Shown here: positions 32,123 through 46,404 of the stretch, piece by piece
Numbering within the stretch: the first letter of the stretch is position 1
Layout of the letters: each line of letters starts with the position of its first letter
DNA from: Bigelowiella natans CCMP2755
Lineage: Eukaryota > Protista > Cercozoa
Assembly (NCBI GenBank): GCA_000320545.1
Contig: ADNK01000314.1
Coordinates: 1 to 64,000, forward strand
Reading direction: 5' to 3'
Length of the DNA: 64,000 nucleotides
Made by a program: the position numbers and the translations under genes
Notes under the pieces: generated by a model
Told to the model about the DNA's origin: nothing
The model's input: only the letters and a program-made list of their open reading frames with translations
The model's database searches: none

Positions 32123-32374
32123 TTAACAAACATATGTGATTCGTATTTCACAGCCTGTCCTCTTGATGCGTCGAAACGATGACTCCAGCCATTCAGTTCT
32201 ACGTGCATCCTCAATGCCTCAAATCGCGTGAGACCGTTATTTGGATGTAATTCGTCACTCACCAAAGTACAGACATACCGAAGTAATAATAGTGTGCAGG
32301 CAAGATGCGCAGTTATCAATAGTTTGAGCAAAGACATCATAGACAGCAACGTGTGCGTATGCCAGTGTCATGCA

Positions 32375-32691
32375 CATGGACGGATGTAATGAGTACATTA
32401 AATTGGTCAAAAAATTGCCATCCTAATGTCACCGCTCGACTGTATTACACACATGAGACGCGGATGTAAAGAAATGATTGCATTTTTCAAACAGTAATCC
32501 TAATGCAGTTGCTATGTAGAGCGACGGCTACAGCACTCATGTTGTGCTAGTTTGTTACTTGTGTACATGTACAGCTATCTTATGTTCGCTAGCACGCACT
32601 AGCATAACAGCACTGAGCATTACATTCTAGCATTGTAAGACAGATGTAATCAATCAAATTAAATTTGTTCATTGGTCATCCTCATGCTAGC
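32375..32691 (+). repeat. Cluster of three copies of the dispersed ~55-bp element (32375-32432, 32452-32510, 32636-32691)
   Basis: catggacggatgtaatgagtacattaaattggtcaaaaaattgccatcctaatgtcac; catgagacgcggatgtaaagaaatgattgcatttttcaaacagtaatcctaatgcagtt; taagacagatgtaatcaatcaaattaaatttgttcattggtcatcctcatgctagc. Confidence 0.8.
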
Positions 32692-33777
32692 ATGTAGCTG
32701 TGCAATGCTAGAATGTAGCGGTTAGAGCGTTAATGTTGAATTTATTTGTCTCCGCTAGGTGATGTGTTTCATTGTGAACACGTTGATTCATACGGACTAG
32801 CGGACTGTACATGCGCGTGCATGAGTGATCTATCACATCATTGTACCCAAGCAAGACAGTAAACGTGCGCAAGCAAAGCTAGAAAGACTAAAGTAGGCCG
32901 CGCTACCAGTACACACGCCGCCGGTGGTGTACACGCATACATGTACATCGTACGCATTGCACATGCGCAGAGCATGTGGCATCTAGTTGTGTAGTTATAT
33001 AGTCAAAGCTGGTATAGGCGTATGCATTTATTACTGCTGTGCTTGTAGATCTAGCTAGCTAGTACACAAGCATTTGCTAGTTTGCCTCTCATCATCACAA
33101 TCACCGGCACGATGATAGACATACGCTGTAGTAATAGCATATATCACGCGTCTTTTATTTATTGGCCATGCTATCATGGCGATGCGCAGACTGAACACGT
33201 CGGACGACACGTCATCATGCGAACATCGTTTGCTTATAATGACTAGTATACTAGACAAGTAAGGTATACTCTAGTACTAGTAGATTTACGGATCCGGGGC
33301 AAAATAAAGCTAAAATTTAGTTTTCGATTCGGCTTCGTCGTTCCGGGCCAGGCGCGCGCCGCCTTTCGCCACGCATGCGCTGAAATGCCATTCTATAACC
33401 GTGCGCAACTTGTTTGTAGGCATTAGCGTAGTCATGCATAGTCTAAATAGTACGTAGTTGAACAACTCGATCTTAGAAATATACGATCGGCAATCCATGC
33501 AGCAAGGTTTATTTATGACCGTACACGTCTACACCACCTCCAGACGTGCGATTTTTTGCTACGCCCTTTCTGAATAATCAAGGTTCTAAGTGTTGTGAGA
33601 AGCTAAATGTACGAATAAATCATCGATGGGACAACAATCTTTTGCAAAAAGCAGTCCATTCATTCACCACTACAATGGACCACGGACTGTGCAAAAAAGA
33701 TAACAGTAAATCCAAAATGATGAAATGAAATGCGAATCGAATATCGAGTATTTGAGTGCCAGCGCCTTTAGATTGGG

Positions 33778-34950
33778 TTATTCAGGGTTAGTGAGGTCGA
33801 TCTTCTCTTTCTTCGCTGGGGCGGATGGGGTTGGTGATTTTGAATGTGGCACTGAATGACTAATTTCGCCACCGGTTTCTGATGCGTGCGTCGAAAGATT
33901 CTCAAGATTCTCATTACTTCCCGCACTTGATCTATCCTTTTCCAGAGTTTTGAACGCTTCCATAACTAACGTGTGTGCTTTACCACGTTTTGAGTCGATA
34001 GTGCGCTTTCTGACTTCCATAAGGCGCTTCCGAACCTTCTTCGCGTATTCCTTACCGGCTTTGAAGTCGGCGATCCAGCTTTCCATCTGGGCCTTGCTTT
34101 CGAAAACGAGCAAGCAAAGCTCCTTGGAACTGGAAATTTCTAGCCCGAGGTCAATCTTCTTTGATACTTCGGCATGGGCAGCAGCTAACGACATCTTCCC
34201 GCGAAATTGGTACGCGGTTGTAGTCCACAGGAGGAGATCAGAGAACAAAAACATCACCCGCTCTTTCCGTTTCATGCTGCTGAACATCCCCGACGACACT
34301 TTTATCAATACGTCCTCTCGAATCATCTGAGATATTACGCGTGTTTGTGTTACGGAGGAAACAATCAGCTCTAATCTGAGCTCTCTGAAAATCCCATCCC
34401 CATATCCCATCCCCATACCGCCGCAGAGAGGTCTACATCGTGTGTAATGATGATATATGCCGAACAACAACCTTCCGATCTGGCTTGATGAGGGAGTCGA
34501 AGGTACCAGTGATGTTGGACTGAACTTCTAACGTCTTTGTCATGTTCTCGATCTACGATATGGAAGAAGGTTGCCATAAGTGTGATGAATGGCTTCTTCT
34601 TTGCTGCAGCAAAAGTAACAATTCGAGTGGAGGGGACCTGTCGCTTTCGTTCGTTGACGTGAGTGGCTATTTCCTCCGCTTTAGCGAGGGCCTTGACCAA
34701 GTTGTCGTGCTCATGATGCTCCGGCCATGTGTATCTTTGAAGCTCCTGCAACAAAGTCAACCAGATCAAGAACTGGGGGTGGGAGATAGAAATCAGTGTA
34801 AACGGCTACGGAGGAGCACCTTCAAAAGCAGGACATATCGTGGAATCCTTTGAACCGGTTGGATGAGGTAGCTAGTGATCTCCATCTAGTGAATATGTAA
34901 GGAAGAGCAACATCGTCCAGTATATGATACTCTGCCATCAGCCATTTAAA

Positions 34951-34985
<35 letters not shown>

Positions 34986-35852
34986 GACTACGGCTGGGAA
35001 CCTACCTTCGCATTCGTCCTGGCTTCTTTGAGAAAATGCGTGAATTTCTTATTCTTTCTATTTTCGGATAAGCACTCGATAACGCCAGCGTAGTGGTTTA
35101 TGAATTCCTAAGGGAAGAGACGTGAGGATGACTGCACCGCTGTTGGCGACGATTTTTTTCTCTTCCGGTATTATGCTTCATTACCGTGTAGATCTTTAGG
35201 TAATCAGCGTATTTCAGGAAGCAGTATCCGATATCACTAGACTGTGGAAAGCAACATCAATTATTGCCGCTACTGTTTGGCTGTCGAAAGGAGCGGAGAA
35301 AGAGAAAGTGAACGCAGTATTTACCTTCTTAACGAAGGGGTAAAATATTTCATGGAAGTCGCAGATGCTCTTCACATCAGCAAACATTTTCTTGTGATCC
35401 GCAAGATCGACCACTTGCTTCATTGGCTTGACATACGTGTCCATCAGAGCGGTGAGATTAGTGAGATACGATTCCTCGGAGTCTATAATCTCCTGTCGGG
35501 CGTGAATCCGTTTCCGCTTTGCTTTGGCCAGCCTCTCCTCAGTCCACGGTTTATCATCCTTCTTCTTAGAACTACTCCCCCTTTTCACTTCAGGTGTCGG
35601 GTTGGCTGTACAACTTGGCTTCGAGGAGGAGGAGGAGGAGGAGGGGCTGTTAGACGATTGCGCCTTTGCGGCGGGTGCGGGGACTGGGGGTGAGAGGTTC
35701 GCATCTGCTGTTTTTACCGACGGGGGAACTAAAGCAATATGGAGACCCCCTCCCTTCGCCGGACCCCGTTTCGCCCCACTTTCATTCACAGCCTCCATCG
35801 CATACCATGACGACCAGCTTTCATTTGGCGTTCCATTAACTTCCTGAAGGCC

Positions 35853-35896
<44 letters not shown>

Positions 35897-36495
35897 AAAA
35901 CGAACATCTGCGAGCAGTACTCATATAGTGGTGCTTGGTGAAACAGGAGTGACCTTGTAGCCGGCAATGGCTTCTAGGGTAGATTCCTTTGAAATCTGAA
36001 CTCGCCCTATTAACTCTTTCTTCTCTGCATCAAAAATATCAAAACGAAGTGCGAAGGCGAGTTCCTTCGGCATTCCTAAGTACAAAACAGACACGGAAAG
36101 GAATCCCCACGAAAACTAAGCGATGCTTGTAGAATAACCCCCCCCCTCTGCCCGGGGAGAACGGGTTTTAAGAGGCCCGCTGCTTTCGGGCTAGACCACG
36201 AATCGCTGACCAAAATTGTGTGTTATAAGAAATAACGAACCTCCAAATACGAGTGACTTCTTCCAGGTTGGTTCTTGCCCTTCTCCAAGAGGGGTTTTCG
36301 CTTGATATCTGAGTAGTATTTACGGCTCTGATTCAGCTAGTCGAAGGCACATTTGTGGAACTAGCGGCAACACCTTTTCCATACTTCATTGACAGCAGTA
36401 TCAATGAGAGCACAGTTGACGTAGGTATGAGGGACTGGCATGCCATATCCCGAAACTACGACAACTTTGATTTTGTGTCTTCTGGCACCGCTCAT
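33778..36495 (-). CDS. C2 domain plus RhoGEF (DH-PH) protein
   Basis: N-terminal C2-like IKVVVVSGYGMP..LRFDIFDAEKKELIGRVQI. DH domain RQEIIDSEESYLTNL..LIQPVQRIPRYVLLLK|ELQRYT..HVNERKR. PH domain KERVMFLFSDLLLWT..SWIADF. Confidence 0.93.
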
Positions 36496-37107
36496 GATAG
36501 ACTGTAAAAGATAATACACGGGTGGTTCATTATTGAACGAAGAAGCTTGATTATGTGTCACCAGGAAAGGAATCAGCAAATATGTGATGTTCTACTGCAA
36601 TAACTATTGATAAGGGTAGACGGTAATCTCCATCCAACCCACCCCGACGAATAACGATTCATTGATTTCCCATTTTTGTTACGTTCCATATTCGGAGGTA
36701 CTTCCTACGATGATCTAACAATTTCCTCGCCAAAAAAATTGAACACGTAACTCTGTACCTGTCCAAGTCTGTCTGGCAGATGAAGGAAGTAAGAGGGCGT
36801 ACAGCGTGCCTTTCTTTAGGAGGAGAGGGGAAGCTGTGCCAGAGCAACGAAATAGAGCAAAGCAATCCTATTCGCTCTCCGTATTGTTAATTGAGACACG
36901 TACATCTGGTAGTCGTAGTCTAATATTAGAATACATTTTAACCATTTCTTCCACTCATGTTTTTATGCAAAAGGAATCCAATTTCTCAGTCGAATTGGCG
37001 AGGATTCTGAAACTTCAACCGAGCATATGGAGGTCGCACTTCCTATTCTCCCCGCTGTGTTGCTCAGAATAATATATCGCCAGAAACAAAAATCTTGCAG
37101 ACAGTCG

Positions 37108-37127
37108 TAGATCTAGATCTAGATCTA
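37108..37127. promoter_or_regulatory. Palindromic (TAGATC)n tract in a divergent promoter; similar tract at 48483-48516
   Basis: tagatctagatctagatcta lies between head-to-head RhoGEF and coiled-coil genes, and tagatctagatcta...gatctagatcta lies between the PHF5-like and giant genes. The regulatory role is inferred from position only. Confidence 0.35.
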
Positions 37128-37635
37128 TGGCATTTTTCCTCATGGATTTTTAGGATTTATTTTATTGAAAAAAATGGGTTCAAAAGACCTGATAAGCACT
37201 TGTGTGTTGTCGCTTACAAGAACTATCCTACAAAAAGTCACACTGTGCCAATCGACGGTGTCCCGGCGCTTGACCTAACTACGATCGTATGATTTTGTGG
37301 GCGAAAAAGGATGTCTTACTATAGTAAATAGCCGTAGTTTCAGGTCATCTTGAGATAATAGTAAGAATATAGTATTAATGTACAAAGCGACATAAAGAAT
37401 GAAGCTGTCGCGATTCTAAAACTAAGTTGTGTGTAACTGAATGGATCGACGCTTCCCCCCCGAAACCGTCGTCCAAACGAGATAAGTTTCGAAAAGGCCT
37501 GGGCCCCGAATCTCTGGGCCAGGGGGGTCACTTCTTTGGGAAAGATTGTATTAAATTGCTGTAGAGGAATGAAGTTTCAAATTGCAAAAGAAGGCGTTAT
37601 CCTGCCAATACCTTAAGCAATTTTGAGGAAGGCTG

Positions 37636-37905
37636 ATGTCAAAACCGGACGTCTCTCCTTATCTGGAGGTATTGCACAAATGCACAATTGAATTGATTTG
37701 ACTAAGATTTAATCCATTAAATTTTGCAGAAAACATTGGTGAAGAAAAGAAACATCAAGTCTCGGTTCCCTGATGTTAATAGACCACCAAGCAAGGTAAG
37801 AGAGAACTGTCACGCCTTAATAACCCGAATATAATACATACACCAATAATTTATGCGATCAAAACTACAAAGATAATCATACAAATTCAAGTAGATACAC
37901 ATAGG

Positions 37906-37946
<41 letters not shown>

Positions 37947-37973
37947 TTTATAAACATATTTACATGAGATATG

Positions 37974-38013
<40 letters not shown>

Positions 38014-41000
38014 TGTGGTAGGAGACGAAGGCGAAGGTGATAAGGGAAGCAACCGAAATCGCCCATCTCCGACGGTTGGTGAAAGAGTACGAGGAGAAAA
38101 ATGTGAAGTTGAAGACCGAAAACTCGGTATTGCGCATGAAGCTCGAGGCTGCTTTCAACCCCGATGACAACATGGAATACAAGTTAAATCAAGCCCAAAT
38201 GAAGCTCGAGGCCGCGGAGGGAAAGATCGTTGCCATGACAGATAGGGTCTACCAGATAGACAAGGCTGAGGCTTTGGTGAAGTATTGGGAGAAACAGAAC
38301 TACGAAAGAGAAGCAGAGATCAAATCATCGATTAGCCGATACGATAAGATCATAGCAGAGAAGGACGATGTCATAGCAGAAAAAGATCAAGTAATTGTAG
38401 AAACAAAAGAAAAACTAGATTTTGCTAATGAAAAAATAGGAGTTTTGGAAGAGAAACTCACAAAAGCCGAGGATAAAATAGTGATATTAACGAAAAAGAA
38501 TGAGCAGTTGAGTCAACAAATGCGGGATTTAAAAAAGGCTTGTGAAGCCCAGTTAGTTGCGATGAGAAAGAAGTGTGAACGTGATCTGAAGATTGCCGAC
38601 TTGAAGGCGAAGAAAAATTTGAAGAAGGTTGCCCAGTTTGCCGAGAAGAAGTACGCTGAGATGATAAAACGATGTGAGGATAGGACAAAAAATGTCAGCG
38701 ATAGATTGACAACACTGAGGATAAAGTCGGACACTTGGTATAAGGATCGTATACTTTATCTGATGAAAGTTATCGATAAGCTCAAGAAGGAAGCCTCGCA
38801 TACATATGCGCGAATCACAGCAGCCGAAGATTTGAAACAAGCCGAAATTGATATCGACAACTTGGAAAACGCACTACAAAAAGAACAAGAAGAGCACAAA
38901 GCGGACAACATTAAGAACGAGCAAATAATCGAAGAAAAGGAAAAAAAGATTCAAGAATTGGAAAAAAGGATAAAGCACCTCGAAAGAGAGCTGCGACAGA
39001 CACTGATGGCTCCGAAGGAAGACTATGAGAGGCTGTGCCCTTTGATCTATGATCTTCAAGATAAATACAAAAGTAAGTGCGACGATCTTGATAGGGTGAT
39101 GGAAACGCTAAGGCTAACTCGAAAGAAGGCAGATGAAGATGCAGAGATTGCCCGATATGAAATCAAGATTCGAGATCTTGAAATTGAGCGGCTAGGCTAC
39201 ATTATAGATGACCAGAGAGGAGAGATCAAACGCCAGAAGGTGGAAGCTGAGCATCTTAAAATCAGAATAACAAAATGGAGAACAGAGTGTGAGAGGAGGC
39301 ACCATATTATTCTTTCAAAGATTAAAGAAATTGGAAGATTAGAAGAGGTGATAAAGTATATGGCCTTGAAAGCGGAGGATGATGCCATTGCAGCGGCCAG
39401 AATTCTGAAGAAAACTCGCAAGGTGTTAAGAGAAACACAGGATCACGTCAAGAGGTTGCAGATAGCGTTGGAAGAAGCAATCGACTTCGGTAGACGGCAG
39501 ACAAAGAAAGTAAACGTGGCCTTGCAAACCATCAAAGAGAAGGAGGAAGAAATCATTAAGCGTGATAAAGAGATTGTTGCGCTTGAGCAGGATATACGCG
39601 ATGCAACGGAGGAAAACTTGAACCTTGAATGGGACTTGAACAAGAGAAAACAGCTCGACGCTGATAAGAATGCTACGATAGATAAACAAAGAGTTGAGAT
39701 ACAGGAACTTCGTAGTGCATTAGAAGCAATAGAACGCAGAATACGTACCAATAATGCTAAGATGGCACGGATGAAGAAGCAGATGAGACAGGCTGATGAA
39801 AGAGTCCTCCGGGCTAATCAACTATTTGAGACTAAAGAGAAAGAACTTGAAGATTTCAAGATAAAAGCTACAGCTATCCAGGATAAATTAAAAGACGAAG
39901 CTAAAATCCGAGAGAGGAACCTTCGAGAAATCATAAAGCAGAAGGATGAGTCGTACAAAGAGTTTGAGAAGAAACACCAAAAGGAGATGAAAGAAGCCGA
40001 TTTCCGAGAATATAAGCTTCAGGACCGGCTAGATACATCTAATAGGAAACGTAAGAACGCCAACGAACGACGAAGAGTGGTCGAAGAAGAGAACGCAAAA
40101 TTAGTGGATAGGCTCAAAGTCGCTGAGGCCGAAGCTCATGCTTTCAAACTGCAGCGTCTCAGGATTGAGCAAGCAGAAGCCTTGGCTAAACTTGGGAAAT
40201 ACGTGGGTCTGGAGGCAAGAGAACAGACTCTTAACAATCTGCAGCGCCGACTCAATGACACTCGCGACTTCCTCGAAAGAGAACGGGCACTCACAAGAGA
40301 AACTGTCCAAGAATTGGCCATGCGCAACTCGACACTTATGGTGCAAGTCAAGAAACTCGCGTCTTCATTGAAGGGGGCGAGAACAGAGCAGGCTGAGCTT
40401 CTATCCAATCAGCTGATGGATGTAAGCAACTATTCCAACCATCTCATAAGCAAGTTAGACGAATCGGAGCTGCTTGAGCTACAAGCCAGAGGTCGGTTAC
40501 CGCCAGTAGACCCTAGCAAGTATTCCAGTCGAAACAACACGCGTAGATCCGGAAGAACCGGTGATAGCTCTCGCGGTAATGAAAGAGGTAATGGCGTGGA
40601 CGGCGCATCAGGGGGAGATGTTGCAGAGGCAGGGGAAGGCGGTATGGAGGAACGAGGTTCAAGTCCCGAAGGTGTCTCACCTTCGAGGAGGCAATCTAGA
40701 TTAGAAAGGCTGAGGTCAAGTCCATACAAATTCAGTGTCCCAAGGGTTAAGTACACAGGAAAACGGACGTCATCGTTCGTTGCAAAAGCCCGACCGACAT
40801 CTTGGCACCCATTAGATCATAAGGGAACTACCAACGAAGGACTTCTAACCAACAAAAGAAGTAGTGACGCCAAAGAGGGCACTCAAATCGATGAACAAGG
40901 TGAAGTGCAGCCTGTAAGTGAAGATGCTAACGAGGACCAGTCACCTCCCTTGATTGAAGAGAAGAAGCCGTCTGAAGAGAAAAAACCACCAGTAGAAGCT

Positions 41001-41024
41001 GAGAGTAGTAAGACAGAAACATAG
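37636..41024 (+). CDS. Large coiled-coil protein (~1030 aa) with a disordered C-terminus
   Basis: 995-codon E/K/R/L-rich heptad ORF (38037-41024) preceded by two small exons MSKPDVSPYLE|KTLVKKRNIKSRFPDVNRPPSK|. Confidence 0.85.
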
Positions 41025-41441
41025 ATTTCCTATCCAATCGTACACCAGACAGTATTTCTTGAAGCAGGAGACTGCTAGGGTGTCATTTGGGAATCTAATA
41101 TTGACGAGTTTTGAATATTTACCTTAATGATGTGCACACGATGTTGCAGCATTGCGCTGATCCACAGACGCAATGATGGTGTCAGATCACGCTAGCGCTG
41201 CTAGCATCGGCCCAAGCACATGCAACTATTCTATCCTCCACACGACAGCAACACGCACACGCCCACACAGCATGGACGAAAGCAACGTAGTGCTACATGT
41301 GCATTCGATTCGATTCCTCTCTGTGTCACTTACACGGCGCAATATGCCAACACACCAATATACGAACAATTTTGTCGTGCTCACAAATGCTGACCATTGA
41401 TCGATCGAACAAGGTATTTCTGTGTGCTCGCTCGCCTAGTA

Positions 41442-41498
41442 TAAGACGCATATGTAATGAATCGCATTAAATTTGTACAATGGTCATCCTAGTGCCAC
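41442..41498 (+). repeat. Copy of the dispersed ~55-bp convergent-spacer element
   Basis: taagacgcatatgtaatgaatcgcattaaatttgtacaatggtcatcctagtgccac, very close to the 32636 copy. Confidence 0.85.
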
Positions 41499-41912
41499 GT
41501 GGTACGGTGGTGCATGTTGTTGTTACAGCTGTAGCAGCAGCTAGTACATTGCAGCGCGTGGTACCGCTGTAGCCGCCGTACAATTAATAACCATAGCCAT
41601 CAATTGCTATATACTTCCTTGTGATGCATTGGCACTGCGACTGCGTGCCGAGCATGGCATTTCCGCAATTACATACAATGTAATGCAATGTAGGCTAGGC
41701 GCAGATGAGCTATGATGAATATCATGATCAGGATGCGTAGTGCACATGGGCCATGAGTACTTAGTCTGGATCGACGTGGTTATCAGCAATTTTGTGGTTG
41801 ATGCTGTGTGGAGCCTGCTCTAAAGCACACAGATGCCGCATAGCTTGTGGTTCTGAGAGATTCAGATTATAGGTAGGCTTTTTTTAATAAATGTCTAACA
41901 TAATTCTTTCTT

Positions 41913-44900
41913 CTAAGACATCTTAGCGCGCTTATTGCTTTCTGACATGCTCCTAGGGCCTGCATTGCTTAAAGAGATTACCGTTTCCAAGTCCTTCGAA
42001 TATTCTAAGATCCTTTTTCGAGCCCATGCTTGTCGTAGCACACTATTCTTACCAGCTTGTTTGGAGAGTTTCATCAACACCGCGATGCTGTTGCCAACAT
42101 CCTTCAGCGCCATTTCTGCATCCATAATGGTCGAATGTGCTACCACATTCGTGAAAGACTCTGATAATCCCTTGGAATATTGCCCCAGCCTCAGCCAATC
42201 TGATTTGGCATCATCAAATTCGGTGACAAGGCTCCTTGGGCCGTCTTTGAAATAAACGTGAAGCCTCTTTTTGCAGTTCTCAGGAATCATTGCAGGAATG
42301 TGAGATTTGTAATTGCACCGAGTAGTAAGCTTTGCGACAGAGTCGAGAGCCATTGTATTCACCAGGGATACATCGTGTAAGATTGATTTTTGTATTATTT
42401 GATGAATTTTACTGAGCATAATCCCTCCTTTGCTTTTCACATTTATCTTTCCACATTTTGGTAGAAACTCAATAATCGCACATTGAGCCAGTGAGCCACA
42501 ATCTGCCAATCGAGATATGCACGTCAAAGAGCTTATCAAATCGGTTTCGGGCAGTTGATCTATAACAACGCCAAATAATGTCAAGCTTTCTTCTATTAAA
42601 TCTTGCCAACCCATGCCGTCTGCTTTTCCATTTTGATGGTATTCGCACAGCCTTTTCAATAAGGAAGGAACTAATCTACCAACCTGCTGGATAATGTTCC
42701 CACTTATATTGTTATTCAGGAGAAACCTGCAACTTCCAGCAAGAAACATACATACTCTAGATAGGATAGAGACTGAGGATTGGGACATGGCTTTGCAATT
42801 TGTTACATTTGAAAGCTTTTCTATACACATTTTTACACAAGTAATAATGTACTCGGTCTTTATTTCCCCAAACTCAGCAGCTTCAGCGATAAATACAAAT
42901 TTCAATATGCAACAATAAGCATGAGAGCTCCAGGGGCCGCAGTTCAAAGAAGCTTTGAGGGTCTCAGTTACTAACCGTACTTTCACCTCTTTTGTTAGTG
43001 AGGAAAATAAAACAAGGAAAGCATCATTGAGACGACGAGTTTTAAGTTGCTCGAATTCCTTATCTCCATTCAAAGCAAGCAAGATTTGGTGTAACATACG
43101 ATGTTGCGTATTGCCGGGAAGGATTGAAATTACGTTCGCCCACCAATTGTGAGTGACGTGTGCACAAATTATATTGGAATGCCCAGAATACTTCCAGAAC
43201 AGCTTTTGCAGACCCTTGAATGCTTTAAGGCCATCGCCACTACTGCATGCTAAACGAGAGAGATCTGTGAGCGTCGTAACTATAAGCCAGAAGGACTCGC
43301 TTCTACTTTTCGAACATTCTTTTGATTCTGAATTCCCTAAAGAATTTCCAATCTGTCCTTCCATGGCCCAGCGATGAAGAATTAATCGAGCACACATGGT
43401 GTCATCTGTCAACGCTTCTAATATCCACTCAGTTGCTTCTGTACATAGGTAGAAAGATAGGTCTGGGCGGAAACTTGATGCAGATTTCATGATGAAGATT
43501 AGATGGAAAATTTGGATAAGCTTTGCAATCTCGCGATTATCGTATGGTTTATTCTCGATCGATGTTCCACAAAGAAGGTCGCAAATGCAGCGTATGAATT
43601 TCTTCCGAATGTCGGAGTCTCTGATCAAAAGGCTGCCAGTCAGGTCAAAAGCATCATGTTCTTAAAAGATTTACCTTGTTCCAATCTCTTTGCTGAGAAA
43701 GTCTATTGCAAACTTCTGCAAATACGGATAGAGATGGGTATGCAACATCTGTTCCGCAGCACCTCCAGCAATGTAACTCTCGTTTCCACAATATGGCAAG
43801 CAATACAATTTTGTACAGATTTCTCCGAACTTTCTCTGCCAACTTATCGAGGATAAAATAATCGCTGGAAATCTAAGCGCATAAACTAATTGAGCGAGAT
43901 AAAATTTGACAATTTTGAAGAAAACCTCAAGGTTGCTCATATTCTTCTGTCTATTGCTGCTAATCATACATGATTTTAATTTTTCGGTTGAACTTGAAAT
44001 TTTGTCGATTATCTGGTCTAGAATAGCTGCTCCAAGTTTCTTTGAGATATTTGCATGGGCCAATAACTTTTTCATGCTCTTCCACGGAATTGGGATAAGC
44101 GCCACGTCATTACATTTGTAGCTGATTTCGCAGAGATCGAGGCACTTCTTAAGAACTAATAAATAGCAAACAGAATTAATAACAACTTCAACTGACTCAA
44201 GACAGAGAAAACCTTCATCTACGCAAAGCTCCATGTAATCCTAAAATAGAGTTGAAGCTCAATGATTTTTCAAGAATCACATAAAGGAGTTTTACTTCTT
44301 TTCGCTGTATCTCCAGACTGATGGCATCTGTATAAGAATCCCAAATTTTAATGCAGACTTTCCGCAGATGTAAGAAGCTTTTCACGAGAGGCTCCGTATC
44401 CAGATCTTTCACAGAGGAATTTCGGCGACCCAATAACTTGATTCCTTTTACGATTGCCTTTAACAAATATTCATCAAAACCTCAAAATAGCAAGTTTCAT
44501 GTTCTGGTTGCCTCACCCTCACATTTCTGAAGACAAGAAACATAATGCTTGTAAATGCCTCGAAAAACCCTGTCTTAAATTTTATTTTTTCCAGAATTTT
44601 AGCCTGAACGTTGTCCTTGTCCAATTTCATGGATGGAAGCGACCCATGGCACATTTGGTCCAGCAAGTTTACGACAGAAAGGACATTCTTAACACACAAC
44701 CACACGAATCTCTTAGGAACTGAATGTGTCAAATACATAACACTTAAAGAGACCTCAGAATATGGTTTAAGCGTCTGAAGCTGGCAAATCTTCGCATCAA
44801 GATTTTCCCCCATCATTTTGAAAAGATTCTCCACCTCCAGTTTACCCTATGTATTGAACTCAAGCTGACTTTCGAACCACATAGCCAAGAAAAACAAACC

Positions 44901-44998
44901 TCTTTGCAAATGCTGAGAAAGGCCTCACTAGATCTCGCTGAGCGAAAGCGATCGGCCATTCTATCGCAAAAGGAGTCAGGACACGGGGCTCCCTCCAT
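41913..44998 (-). CDS. Alpha-solenoid protein, possibly a FIRRM/C1orf112 (FLIP, DUF4487) homolog
   Basis: Five exons joined by ~55-65 nt GT-AG introns, Leu/Cys/Ile-rich and helical. The C-terminal HDVSLVNTMALDSVAKLTTRCNYKSHIPAMIP..RLHVYFK resembles the C1orf112 C-terminus from memory. The gene is solid; the family call is weak. Confidence 0.45.
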
Positions 44999-45358
44999 CA
45001 CTATGGCCGGCAAACCTAGGCGGTGCTTCTTCTGCTTCTTTCTCTTTTCCCCTTTTCTCGAGTTTTCACAGTTCGTGAAGGTTTGGCGCGAGCCTATTTG
45101 TTTTCTCTCCCAGAGTCCCAGAGAGTGTCGTATCTCGGGAGAATCTCGAAAGGAATAATACACAAGCAGAAAATCGCAGGAAATGCCCTGCGTTTTCTGC
45201 CAGCTGGTGAAAATACACCTCCGCCGTCCCAGCTCGAAACCATAGAGCACCTTCGCGCCTGATGAGGACAGCATAATACGAGTAGCGGAATATACGGATT
45301 ATCAGCCTGAGCTGTAGCTAAACATCAACACTCTAGTACACAAGAGTAGGGACAAAGA

Positions 45359-46404
45359 ATGGCTTCGCGCAGCAGAAAGAAAAAGGAGGTAACTCATCTA
45401 GTATTACTCAGCAAAATCGTAGTGCTCATCGGTTGGCTATAAATCACAGGTTTCAGCATTTTTATGCTCGCTATATGCACATGTAAACGGTACAATCCAG
45501 CCACCATCAGGTTGCCATCTTGAACCCTACCAGAATTCGGATACAAAATCGCACCTAATTCACAAAATATCATAGGCGGTGGAAAGAAAACCAAACTGCA
45601 GGAATTTATTCGAATAGTGAGGGCCATTTGCCCTAATGCAAAAAGTGAACTTCCACTGAACCACTATGAGTTGGTGTTTAAACCGCGAAAGGGCTCGGCT
45701 TCAAAGATACATCTTTGGTGTGATCTGATTGCAGAGAACAAGCAAGATGGCGACACATCTTACAATTTAAGCAAAGAATTTAACATGCTGCAATACAGCC
45801 GACCGCTGCCTCAACAAGACCATCAATGCTTCGTGAGAGGGTTTGATTAAAAAAAATCTTATTTAACGCAATAATTCTTTTTATTACATAAATAGATATG
45901 ACACCGCGTCGAAAGTAAGCCCAAACTTCGGAAGCTTATTGGCATTTCTGAACTACGAATTCGAGTATGAATACGTCGCCAAGGGGTTGCTCTTTAGAAT
46001 CAATCCTAATACTGAGGTGAATGAAATTTACATTCACCAAATTGTCCATTTCAGCACATGGCGATTATTTCTCTTCAGATTAAAATCTACCAGACCATGA
46101 AGATAGTGGAAAATAAGTATGAAGAGTGGAGCAGAGACTTATCGAAGGAGGGAGGAAATAGTGCAAAAATGAAGGTCAAGTTTACATGGGGCCAAGAAAG
46201 ATGGTAATTAAAATCACCTATAGTCCATGCATCACATGATGCGAATGATGCTTTTTTTTTTTTCGTAGGTGGATTGTAGAATTACGTTCAACGTGCAAAA
46301 AACCGGGAAATCTAATGGAGACAGAAAAAAACCTGAAAAAAATGGCTTCTGCCTTTCAAGATTACGGTGAATTCTACGCAAACATCGCCAGAGCTAAGAA
46401 CTAA
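45359..46404 (+). CDS. MED18: Mediator complex subunit 18 (CYTH-like fold)
   Basis: Spliced motifs FLCSLYAHV..VRAIC..HYELVFK..LQYSRPLP..SPNFGSLLAFLNYEFEYEYVAKGLLF..IKIY..WIVEL..LKKMASAFQDYGEF follow the Med18 motif order; ~240 aa. Confidence 0.7.

Noticed and set aside
32375-32691. Three repeated motif copies as a CRISPR-like array
   Set aside because: The copies are highly degenerate and irregularly spaced, the context is eukaryotic, and there are no cas genes.
38037-41024. Long ORF as an SMC, myosin, kinesin or viral/TE protein
   Set aside because: No Walker motifs, motor domain, transposase, RT or integrase motifs; only coiled coil.
43621-44900. Apparent frameshifts between successive minus-strand ORFs suggesting a pseudogene or a 23-nt intron
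   Set aside because: Each break is resolved by an ordinary ~55-65 nt GT-AG intron in a compatible phase.
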